33,474 nucleotides of DNA from an uncultured Candidatus Saccharibacteria bacterium (GCA_964423385.1 CAYRER010000009.1:1-33474), one strand, 5' to 3'; positions 9,301 to 16,247 are shown, counted from the stretch's first letter. Numbers and translations are program-made. The notes: a model not told the origin generated them from the letters alone.

Positions 9301-12300
9301 CGGGGGCTCCGAGAATACCGCGGTTACAAACATCGCGCTCGAGGCGCCGCTCCGTCTCCGCCTCCAGGTGTCGAACGAAGGCGCCGTTTCCTCCGCATCG
9401 CGCGCCTTCACCCTCGAGTACGGTGCGAAGGTGACGACGTGCGATGCGGTTGGAAGCTGGATTAACGTCGGCGCTCCGGGCGGTGCATTCGACCTCTTTG
9501 ACTCGACGAACCTCACCGAGGGGACCGACACGACCGACGTTGCTGTCTCTCTCGGCGGCGTGACAAATCCGGGCGGGAAGACCTTCCTTACACCGAACAG
9601 CGCGGTGAAGGACACCTCACCGTACGTCGCCTCGACGACGCTCACCTCGTCGCAGTTTCTTGAGACGGAATTTTCAATCCAGCCGACCCTCGATGCGGGC
9701 TACGACGTCACGTATTGCTTCCGGCTCTCGACGAGCGAGGTAGAACTCAACGCCTACTCAGTGTATCCGGAGCTCACCACGGCGCCGGAGCGCGACTTTG
9801 AGATTCAGCGGAATTTCTTCAATATGTCGGGAACGTCGCAGACCATCACTGCCGGTGTCGACTACATCGCTCCCTCTGCGTCGACGAGCGCGTTCATCCG
9901 CATCACGAACTCACATCACACCGGTGCCGGCAACAACCTGGGCTCGAACACTCAGAACGCCGACGACGTCACGGTATACATTGAGAATCCGTCGAACATC
10001 ATGAACTCAATCACGTTCCGCCGGCCGGCGGCGGCGACGGGTGTTACCCGCGTCTCCTGGGAAATCATCGAGTTCATCGGCGAGCCCGGCTCCGACAACG
10101 AGATGATTGTCCGGAGCCAGTCGGCGGTCACCTACGGCACGACAGCGACGGCGGCGACCGGCACCTCCGTCTCGGTCACCGACGATGCAGACGTCGTCGT
10201 CTTCATCACGGGACAACTGAACCCCCTCGCGAACGCGACCGGCTACCATACCGGCCAGTCGACGTCCGAGTGGGCGAGTGCGACCGATGAACCGGTCTTT
10301 ACCCGAGGAGCACAGCTCACGAATGCAGCCATCGTGAGCTACGCGGTCGTCGAGTTCACCGGACAGAACTGGGCGGTTCAGCGGAACGAGCACACATATA
10401 CGAATGCTGGCACGACCGAGACGGAGTCAATTACTGCAGTGAATAGTCTCTCGCGCGCCTTCCTCCACACGCAGAAGCGTATCGGTGCGACCCTGACGGG
10501 TGTCGACGAGTTTGGTCACGAGGTCTGGCTCTCGTCAATCGGGCAGATCTCCTACTTCCTCGAGTCCGGTGCGACGACACCATCGGGACAGACCTCGGTT
10601 GCCTGGATCATCGAGAATACGCAGACGACTTCCGGCGCGATGAACGTTCAGCGGAAGAACAACAGTACCGTGGGTGGTGTAGAGCCACTGACCCTCAGTG
10701 TTACCCTCGACACCGCGCTCGATGACCTCACGAATGCTTCCATTTTTGTGAACACGCGCGCGGCGGGCACGGGCACAAACTACCCCCGGCCGATTGCAGG
10801 AGCAACCATCGCCTCGACGACCGCCTTTGAGCTCTACCGGAGCGATACGCTCACCGCGCTCAACTACCGGGCAGAAATCGTTGAGTGGCCGACGGCGGGA
10901 CTTGCGCTCCGGCAGACGCACTACCGGTTCTACGTCGACAACAACGCCCTCACGCCAGCCGACGCGTGGCCGACGGAAGGCGGCGGGACTCTGGGCGAAG
11001 ACACAGTCCTTACCCCGGGCGATAACCCGCTCGGGGAAGGTGACCGCATCCGCATCCGCATGGCGGTGCAGGCGCAGAACGCAACCCTGCCTGCCGGTAC
11101 CCGAGCGTTCCGGCTCCAATACGGACAGATGACGACCTCGTGCAGTGCGATACCGGCAGCAAGCTGGAACACGCTCGGCAACAGCGCCTCCTCGACCATC
11201 TGGCGGGGGTTTAGTGCAACGGGTACTGTTGACGGCACTGAGATCACGACGCTCCTCCTCACCTTCTCGGATGTTGCGGGCACCCTCGAAGAAATCAATG
11301 ACACAGAGGCGAACCCTTCTGCCATCCAGGCAGGAGACGAAGTTGAGTACGACTGGTTCGTCGAACAGAACGGAGCTACAGCCGAGACGTACTACTGCTT
11401 CAGGATGGTGAGCGTGGATGGCACGCCGCTCGATTCGTACGCGTCGACGTACCCCCAGCTCCGCACTGCATCATTTGCCCCGCGAACGCAGAATTGGCGC
11501 TGGTACGACGATGAGGGAAGCGTGACGCCTGCGGTTGCGCTCGAAGGGGAGAATGTCTCTCCGCCGAACATTCCGAACGGGGGAGCGGTGAAGCTCCGCA
11601 TCACGGTGAAGGAAACGAAGAATATCGCCCGCGAGGATGCGCGGTTCAAGCTCCAGTATTCCGAGTCGGCAAGTTTTTCTCCGGTGTTCGATGTTGTTGC
11701 AACCTCGACGTGCACTGCAACCTCGACATGGTGCTACGCAAACGGCGGCGGCGTCGACAACGGGGTCATTCCGAGCAAGCTCCTCACCGATGCAGATGCG
11801 TGCTCCGGCGGAGTCGGGGACGGCTGCGGAACCCACAACGAATCTCCAGACGTCAAAACGGGCTTCCGTCACGAAGGTCTCGCCGCGACCGAGTACGAGT
11901 TCACCATTCAGTCGGCGGGTCCTCGGGTGAATCGCGTGTACTACTTCCGCCTCTATGACACCACCGATGGTATCCCGGTTTCTGCACATACAGGCGAGTC
12001 GTACCCGTCCCTGGTTACCGAGGGTGCAAGTCTCAACTTCACCATGGGAGGTCTCACCTCCGGACAGTCCATCGAGGGCGTCGTGCTCGATATCGACACG
12101 ACACCGACAACCATCCCGTTCGGCGTTCTCTCGCCGGGTGCGGCGCTCGAGGGCGCCCACCGGCTCTCGGTTGACACAAATGGTACCGAGGGATATCAGC
12201 TTTTCATGACGATGACGGGTGATCTCACGACGGCGGGCGGCGCGACCATAAGCCAGGTGACCGGCACGAACGCCGCGCCGCTCTCCTGGGATGCCGGGTG

Positions 12301-12550
12301 TGCCGCGGATGCTCCGAGCTGCTTCGGGTACCACACCGGCGATGACACGCTCGAGGGCGGCTCGACCCGGTTCTCGGCAATCGACACCTACGCACGCCTC
12401 TCGACGACGACGCTCGATGAGGTTTCCTACAGCTCCCAGCCGGCCGCGGGCGACACAACCGATATCGTATTCCGGATACTCATCCGCGATTTGCAAGACG
12501 CCGGAATCTATGAGACTAATATTGAGTACATCTCAGTCCCCATCTTCTAG
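6392..12550 (+). CDS. Giant (2052 aa) secreted multidomain surface protein: Asp-box propeller-like N-terminus, repeated beta-sandwich modules, WxL-like C-terminus
   Basis: Uninterrupted 6159-nt ORF. Signal peptide ends in AEA. A BNR/Asp-box motif SKTTDGGANW is at 6650..6679. Two module types are present, A x2 and B x4. B modules start QTHYHWRNDNG (8186), QTRYHFRNDNG (9242), QTHYRFYVDNN (10913) and QNWRWYDDEG (11489). The C-terminal ~173 aa (12029..12547) resembles a WxL domain (IPFGVLSPG...LSVDTNGTEGYQLFMT...YETNIEYISVPIF). Confidence 0.9.
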   Translation: MGGMHSSRFRRCRKITAGALALLSVFSSVWPGLIRNAPQAEAAQVAVDTSVNVTATSHLLVGAQSVFVNDQTGYKFYRDSTGICVYSKTTDGGANWNAAVTVDAQTDCISVQVWYDRWTPGGTGTYIHIVTMDTSVDDLFYNRLDTNGDTLLMGSAPVDASVNSGNSTATFASGANAPSITKGTDGTIYLAANDATDSYVVECSASCNLQASWTETGTRPQDLANDYSILVPLASGDIMLINRDISLEDIRSKIWNNSSWSASWATIDANATDNTTYDGGLAATVSSTTPGVVYLAYTADNATLGTDDDVRVARYRGGSWTAGTDVIANNASRAITGVAIGIDAANDDVYVAYSARTTAGTAGTGNVYWKWATTSMQNWSAEQGPVNTSGADDIYGIDLNNVSDQRLLVSWYEATEDYIYADTIADIFPGIHASSSGTQTATVFASTSNVYLGGKFLLYNTYKPIDVTGITLTESGTIDGSTNIANVKLLYESDTVAPYDCATNTYDGTESQFGSTDGNGFSGADGTSAFTGTSVTVSTSSAMCVHVIFDVLDNTENGATIDISIANPTTDITATGPTGPATAQNISGTTQVLNDEPTQTHYHWRNDNGTEAGATSRTGGVEDTSLTALQQGTPVRLRLQVSNEGGSSTPSLQYRLEYAQTSGTCDAATGWTDVGATGGDFDMYDSSNLTDGTDTTDIALGSLGAVTNPGGKTFLTPNGGVKDTSSQTANILLSSTQFTELEYSIVASTSATEGNTYCFRATDKGNPLFLYSQWGRATIAADVLVSATGTQTATTNLPATNFYVGGAYVITENTGSRNVTGITISEAGTVDGATDLENIRLYYELDTSVPYNCASESYGGNEAQYGATSTAFSSANGTSTFTGSVAISTTATMCVYVVLNTTATAQNGETVNIVIESPSTNVVVSGGGTVSPATTRDITGETTLQGAVLTQTRYHFRNDNGSEAAATSATGGSENTAVTNIALEAPLRLRLQVSNEGAVSSASRAFTLEYGAKVTTCDAVGSWINVGAPGGAFDLFDSTNLTEGTDTTDVAVSLGGVTNPGGKTFLTPNSAVKDTSPYVASTTLTSSQFLETEFSIQPTLDAGYDVTYCFRLSTSEVELNAYSVYPELTTAPERDFEIQRNFFNMSGTSQTITAGVDYIAPSASTSAFIRITNSHHTGAGNNLGSNTQNADDVTVYIENPSNIMNSITFRRPAAATGVTRVSWEIIEFIGEPGSDNEMIVRSQSAVTYGTTATAATGTSVSVTDDADVVVFITGQLNPLANATGYHTGQSTSEWASATDEPVFTRGAQLTNAAIVSYAVVEFTGQNWAVQRNEHTYTNAGTTETESITAVNSLSRAFLHTQKRIGATLTGVDEFGHEVWLSSIGQISYFLESGATTPSGQTSVAWIIENTQTTSGAMNVQRKNNSTVGGVEPLTLSVTLDTALDDLTNASIFVNTRAAGTGTNYPRPIAGATIASTTAFELYRSDTLTALNYRAEIVEWPTAGLALRQTHYRFYVDNNALTPADAWPTEGGGTLGEDTVLTPGDNPLGEGDRIRIRMAVQAQNATLPAGTRAFRLQYGQMTTSCSAIPAASWNTLGNSASSTIWRGFSATGTVDGTEITTLLLTFSDVAGTLEEINDTEANPSAIQAGDEVEYDWFVEQNGATAETYYCFRMVSVDGTPLDSYASTYPQLRTASFAPRTQNWRWYDDEGSVTPAVALEGENVSPPNIPNGGAVKLRITVKETKNIAREDARFKLQYSESASFSPVFDVVATSTCTATSTWCYANGGGVDNGVIPSKLLTDADACSGGVGDGCGTHNESPDVKTGFRHEGLAATEYEFTIQSAGPRVNRVYYFRLYDTTDGIPVSAHTGESYPSLVTEGASLNFTMGGLTSGQSIEGVVLDIDTTPTTIPFGVLSPGAALEGAHRLSVDTNGTEGYQLFMTMTGDLTTAGGATISQVTGTNAAPLSWDAGCAADAPSCFGYHTGDDTLEGGSTRFSAIDTYARLSTTTLDEVSYSSQPAAGDTTDIVFRILIRDLQDAGIYETNIEYISVPIF
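7700..9811 (+). repeat. Intragenic tandem duplication of a ~1056-nt (352-codon) A+B two-domain supermodule
   Basis: GTQTAT begins unit 1 at 7700 and unit 2 at 8756. The Q(T)(H/R)YH(W/F)RNDNG starts at 8186 and 9242 are exactly 1056 nt apart. The copies are diverged at protein level except for conserved islands such as VTNPGGKTFLTPN (8507..8545 and 9560..9598). Confidence 0.85.
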
Positions 12551-12551
12551 C

Positions 12552-13541
12552 ATGCGCATCTTTTTCTTCTCCATCGCACTCCTCACCGCGCTCGTCCCGC
12601 CCACCGCGCATGCGCAGATTGCGTACACGGTCTCTCCGCTCGTCATGGATCTTGAGGCGAAGGCACGCGATATCATCACAAAGACCATTATTCTCACCAA
12701 CACCGGCACCGTCCCGGTCACGGTCTATCCGACGGTGAACAACATCTCGCTCACGGAGGGCGGCACCATCGAGGAATTCGTCCCCCAGGTCATGAGTGAC
12801 CGCACCCGCTCGCTCGCCTCGTGGATTGAGGTGAGCCGGCGCGGCATCGACCTTATACCCGGCGAGCCGTACACCCTTCCGGTGACGTTCCGCATGAGCC
12901 CCGATCCGGTCCCCGGCACTTACCATGCACTCATCGGCTTCGGGTACGGACGGAACCAGGATGAGGCAAAGAAGCAGGTTGAGGGCGGACGGGCTCCGGG
13001 GAGCATCATCACGCTCACGGTTCCCGATGACAGGAACGAGTTCCTCAAGCTCTCCCGCTTCATTATCGACCGGTTTGTGACGAGCGCAGAAAATCAGGCG
13101 GCGGCGTACACATTCACGAATCCCGGCGATGAGACCGTCGTGCCGGAGGGTGAAATCATCCTCTATGACGCGACGGGGAGGGAAGTCGGCTCGGTTGCCG
13201 TCAATGAGGAGAAGGTTTCGATACCCCCGGGCGGTGAGCACACCTTCCGCGCGTCGGTCCCGGTAGAAGGTCTCTTCGGCAAATACAAGGCGTTCCTCTC
13301 GATTGAGTACGGGAGCGTGAACCGCGCCTCGCTCCAGGATACGAGCTTCTTCTACGCGCTTCCGCTTGAGCGGCTCATTCTCATCTTCGTTGTGCTCGCT
13401 CTCTTCGTTGCCCTCATTTCGTGGTACTTCCACCGGCGGTACCTCGACGAGGATGCTGACGACAGCGACCGCATCGTGCTCCACGTGCGCGAGAGTGCGA
13501 GCGAGGCGAAAGAGCACGACATTAACCTCAAACAGCAATGA
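12552..13541 (+). CDS. Secreted two-beta-sandwich protein with a C-terminal TM anchor, CscA-like (DUF916/DUF3324-like architecture)
   Basis: I chose ATG at 12552, 1 nt after the giant gene's TAG. The ORF-track start at 12291 overlaps that gene. Signal peptide is MRIFFFSIALLTALVPPTAHA. The N-domain reads YTVSPLVMDLEAKARDIITKTIILTNTGTVPVTVY...PGTYHALIGFGYG. A second sandwich reads YTFTNPGDETVVPEGEIILYD...KYKAFLSIEYG. TM is LILIFVVLALFVALISWYF, followed by an acidic tail. Confidence 0.8.
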   Translation: MRIFFFSIALLTALVPPTAHAQIAYTVSPLVMDLEAKARDIITKTIILTNTGTVPVTVYPTVNNISLTEGGTIEEFVPQVMSDRTRSLASWIEVSRRGIDLIPGEPYTLPVTFRMSPDPVPGTYHALIGFGYGRNQDEAKKQVEGGRAPGSIITLTVPDDRNEFLKLSRFIIDRFVTSAENQAAAYTFTNPGDETVVPEGEIILYDATGREVGSVAVNEEKVSIPPGGEHTFRASVPVEGLFGKYKAFLSIEYGSVNRASLQDTSFFYALPLERLILIFVVLALFVALISWYFHRRYLDEDADDSDRIVLHVRESASEAKEHDINLKQQ

Positions 13542-14821
13542 CGTTCATGCGGATACAGTACTGCGCGGCCGTCCTATTCTCGCTCCTCGTCTTCGCGAGT
13601 GCCGGGGAGGCACGCGCTCAGGGCTCACAGGTCATGAGCGTGACGCCGCCGCTCTTCCAGATATCTGCACTTCCCGGAGGCGTGTGGCAGAGCAGTGTGA
13701 AGGTGGTAAACGGCAACAGCTACCCCATGGCCGTGTACGCCGAGGTCGTAAACTTTACGGCACAGGGCGAGCGGGGACAGGGAAGGTTCGTTCCGGTCGC
13801 TGACGGCGGGGAGAATACGACGCTTGCCGAGTGGATCAGCGTCCCCGAGGGTCCGCACGTTGTACCTCCGGAGAAGACGAAGGACATACCAATCCTCATC
13901 GAGTTTCCGGAAGACGCACCTCCTGGAGGGCACTACGCCGCCGTTCTCATCACGACAAAGCCGCCCGAGAGCTTCCCGGAGGCACTCGCCGTCCGCACGT
14001 CGCAGGCGGTCACCGCGCTCGTCTTCGCCCGCATCGAGGGCGACGTGGAGGAGAGCGGTTCCATCCGCGAATTCCGCGTGGAGCATACCTTCGTCCAAAC
14101 TCCTGAAGCAGAATTTTCTCTCCGGTTTGAAAACAAGGGGAACGTTCACCTCCAGCCCCGGGGAACCATCACCATCACCAATATGTGGGGAACGGAGCGC
14201 GGGGCCATCCCCATCAACCACCAGTCGCACTTCGGGAACGTTCTCCCGGGAAGCATCCGCGATTTCCGCTTCACGTGGCAGAGCGACCTCTCATTCACCG
14301 ATGTCGGCCGCTACCGAGCCGAAGTGACTCTCGGGTACGGAGAGAACGGCGTGAAGAGCGTGAGCTCGGTGACGTACTTCTGGGTTGTACCGGTGAAGAT
14401 CACCCTCGTGACGCTCGGCACCATTCTCGCGTTCATCCTTGCCATTGTCTTTATGGTGAAGGCGTACGTACGGCGGATGCTCCTCCTCGCCGGTGTTTCT
14501 CCCGATGCCGCGGGAGAGGCGTCCCCGGAGCGCCCGGTGCGCATCCGTCCGAAAGTCTCGGCGCCGATTGAACGGGGTGTCCTCGACCTGCGCCGGCGCC
14601 TCGATGCTGCCGATGAGACTGTCGGCACCCTCGCGACGGTGTGGGAGTTTATGGTGCAGTACCGGACGTTCTTCATATCGGTCATTACGCTCATCGGCAT
14701 ATTCATCGCATCTGCGCTCTACATCGGCAGGGCAACCGACCCAGGCAATGACTACCGTATCATTATTGACGAGGGTGACATCGAGACGACCATTGAAGTT
14801 CCGGGCGAAGCCGGAGAGTAG
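13538..14821 (+). CDS. Paralogue of the preceding CscA-like protein, with two C-terminal TM helices
   Basis: 427-aa ORF whose ATG overlaps the previous stop (ATGA at 13538..13541). Signal peptide ends in ARA. Sequence is collinear with gene 12552..13541 (MSVTPPLFQISALPGGVWQSSVKVVNGNSYPMAVYA...PPGGHYAAVLITT; FENKGNVHLQPRGTITITN...RYRAEVTLGYG). The TM helices are ITLVTLGTILAFILAIVFMV and FFISVITLIGIFIASALYI. Confidence 0.8.
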   Translation: MTFMRIQYCAAVLFSLLVFASAGEARAQGSQVMSVTPPLFQISALPGGVWQSSVKVVNGNSYPMAVYAEVVNFTAQGERGQGRFVPVADGGENTTLAEWISVPEGPHVVPPEKTKDIPILIEFPEDAPPGGHYAAVLITTKPPESFPEALAVRTSQAVTALVFARIEGDVEESGSIREFRVEHTFVQTPEAEFSLRFENKGNVHLQPRGTITITNMWGTERGAIPINHQSHFGNVLPGSIRDFRFTWQSDLSFTDVGRYRAEVTLGYGENGVKSVSSVTYFWVVPVKITLVTLGTILAFILAIVFMVKAYVRRMLLLAGVSPDAAGEASPERPVRIRPKVSAPIERGVLDLRRRLDAADETVGTLATVWEFMVQYRTFFISVITLIGIFIASALYIGRATDPGNDYRIIIDEGDIETTIEVPGEAGE

Positions 14822-14830
14822 CGCTACCCG

Positions 14831-14839
14831 TGGTATACT
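14831..14839 (+). promoter_or_regulatory. Extended -10-like box TGGTATACT
   Basis: TGGTATACT at 14831..14839 in the 49-nt gap, 31 nt upstream of ATG 14871. Confidence 0.45.
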
Positions 14840-14870
14840 GAAGATATTACCACTCTAACGACACCACACT

Positions 14871-15356
14871 ATGGAACAGAAACATATTGTCGGCTCAGTT
14901 ATTCTCCTCGGACTCATCATACTCGGCATGTTTGTCTTCGCGTACCTCAAGCGGGCAGAGCTGCGGGAGACGACGCCGGCGCCGGAGGCACCCGCGTCCG
15001 CAGCCGACGCCTCGCCGTACGCGGGCATTACGCGCATTGACGCGAAGCACTTTTTTGACGGGACGACCCACACCATCGTCGGCGAGATGCCGATGCCGAC
15101 GCCGTGCGACCTTCTCAACTGGTCGACGCGCATCGCCGAGAGCATGCCGGAGACGGTAACCGTCGACTTCGATGTCATAAACAACGCAGAGGTCTGTGCA
15201 CAGGTGGTGACGCCTCAGCGGTTCAAGGTTTCGTTCGGTGCGAGCGAAGGTGCGGTCATCCGCGCAACTCTCGAGGGGCGGGAGATTATCGTCAACCTCA
15301 TTCCTCCCGGTCCCGGAGAATCACCCGATGATTTCGAGGTCTTCAGTAAGGGGTAG
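14871..15356 (+). CDS. Hypothetical N-terminally anchored small exported protein
   Basis: 161-aa ORF. TM is IVGSVILLGLIILGMFVFAYL, followed by a Pro/Ala linker and a ~100-aa domain with two Cys. No recognisable family. It ends 6 nt upstream of the redoxin-like gene. Confidence 0.7.
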   Translation: MEQKHIVGSVILLGLIILGMFVFAYLKRAELRETTPAPEAPASAADASPYAGITRIDAKHFFDGTTHTIVGEMPMPTPCDLLNWSTRIAESMPETVTVDFDVINNAEVCAQVVTPQRFKVSFGASEGAVIRATLEGREIIVNLIPPGPGESPDDFEVFSKG

Positions 15357-15362
15357 GGAAAC

Positions 15363-15911
15363 ATGAAACAGTATCTCCGTGACAACGCACGAGTCCTCGC
15401 TGTGCTCTGCGGCGTTCTCGCTGTTCTCGGCTTTCTCACGTACTCGTTCACCGCACCGGGCGGCATGTTTTCAGGTCTCCAGAATGACCTCAAGGCAATC
15501 GAACCAGAAGCAGACGCCGGGTACACAACGCTCGATGGCGCGCCGGTTGACCTCGCCGATTTCAAGGGGAAACCCATTATCGTGAATGCGTGGGCAACGT
15601 GGATGCCGTTCTCGAAAGACGAGCTTGCGCTCCTCACCGCACTCCACAGCGAGTACGGCGACCGCATGGTCATCATTGCGATGAACCGCATGGAGACCGC
15701 CCTCACCGTCCGCTCGTACCTCGCGCTCTACGGCATCGGGGAGTCCATTACCTTCCTCCTCGACCCGAAGGACTCGTTCTATCGCGCCGTCTCCGGGTAC
15801 GCGATGCCCGAAACTGTCTTTTACCGGAAGGACGGCACCCTACTGGCTCACACGCGCGGGGTGCTCACGGAAGCGGAATTGCGCGTGTACGCTGAGGAAC
15901 TCCTCCGGTGA
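15363..15911 (+). CDS. Membrane-anchored TlpA/ResA-like thioredoxin-fold protein lacking the CXXC active site
   Basis: 182-aa ORF with a purine-rich AAGGGGTAGGGAA upstream. TM is VLAVLCGVLAVLGFL. Redoxin-like layout: LADFKGKPIIVNAWATW, then MPFS where W-C-x-P-C is expected (15600..15614), then PETVFYRKDGTL. There is no Cys in the mature domain. Confidence 0.75.
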   Translation: MKQYLRDNARVLAVLCGVLAVLGFLTYSFTAPGGMFSGLQNDLKAIEPEADAGYTTLDGAPVDLADFKGKPIIVNAWATWMPFSKDELALLTALHSEYGDRMVIIAMNRMETALTVRSYLALYGIGESITFLLDPKDSFYRAVSGYAMPETVFYRKDGTLLAHTRGVLTEAELRVYAEELLR

Positions 15912-16015
15912 AACTTTCTCTCTCCCGGAGGGGTATGAGTCTGTAGGACGCCCGTTCTCCGAGACCTCTCGCAACCATCGGGAGTACTCGAGCCGCGCGG
16001 AGTCGGACGCGGTAA

Positions 16016-16186
16016 ATGTTGCAAGACAAGTCCGGTATGTTCAGGGCAGTCGGAGCGGTGCTCATTATCTGGTACCTCTCGTCGGTCTTTACGGAGAGCT
16101 TCTCGGCGCTCGACGGTGCAATGTCTGCATCGTTCCGTGCCGTAGAAGCAGCCGCCATCACCTCGCGGGAACACCTCGAGCGATGA
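16016..16186 (+). CDS. Unlisted small ORF (56 codons, or 49 from ATG 16037) encoding a single-TM peptide
   Basis: My translation is MLQDKSGMFRAVGAVLIIWYLSSVFTESFSALDGAMSASFRAVEAAAITSREHLER. It is too short to appear in the supplied ORF track. Third-position G/C bias resembles real genes. The TGA at 16184..16186 is followed 4 nt later by a strong intrinsic terminator. Confidence 0.5.
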   Translation: MLQDKSGMFRAVGAVLIIWYLSSVFTESFSALDGAMSASFRAVEAAAITSREHLER

Positions 16187-16190
16187 GCGG

Positions 16191-16224
16191 AAAGGCCGGA
16201 CACCCGTCCGGCCTTTCCTTTTTG
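16191..16224 (+). terminator. Rho-independent terminator
   Basis: Perfect 11-bp stem: AAAGGCCGGAC (16191..16201) pairs with GTCCGGCCTTT (16206..16216). The loop is ACCC, followed by CCTTTTTG. Confidence 0.85.
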
Positions 16225-16233
16225 TGTTCACGG

Positions 16234-16241
16234 TATACAAT
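16234..16241 (+). promoter_or_regulatory. -10-like box TATACAAT, candidate leaderless promoter for the transporter gene
   Basis: TATACAAT at 16234..16241, immediately after the terminator. 6 nt separate it from ATG 16248, with no SD. Confidence 0.4.
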
Positions 16242-16247
16242 GGTCGC

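Noticed and set aside
7700-9811. Possible diversity-generating retroelement template/variable repeat pair within the giant gene.
   Set aside because: The copies differ at all codon positions rather than selectively at adenines. They are in-frame domain duplicates. No reverse transcriptase gene is in the window.
12291-12551. N-terminal extensions in the ORF track that overlap the preceding gene. This case is 12291. The others start at 3575, 18214, 20223, 16224 and 32296.
   Set aside because: In each case, a start codon just after the upstream stop yields a typical signal peptide or conserved N-terminus. The extension would overlap the preceding gene or a regulatory element.
11471-13538. Two ~340-aa minus-strand ORFs (11471..12496 and 12516..13538).
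   Set aside because: They are antisense to the giant gene's 3' end and to the first CscA-like gene. The translations are Arg-rich and lack signal peptides or domains, so they look like mirror-frame artefacts.
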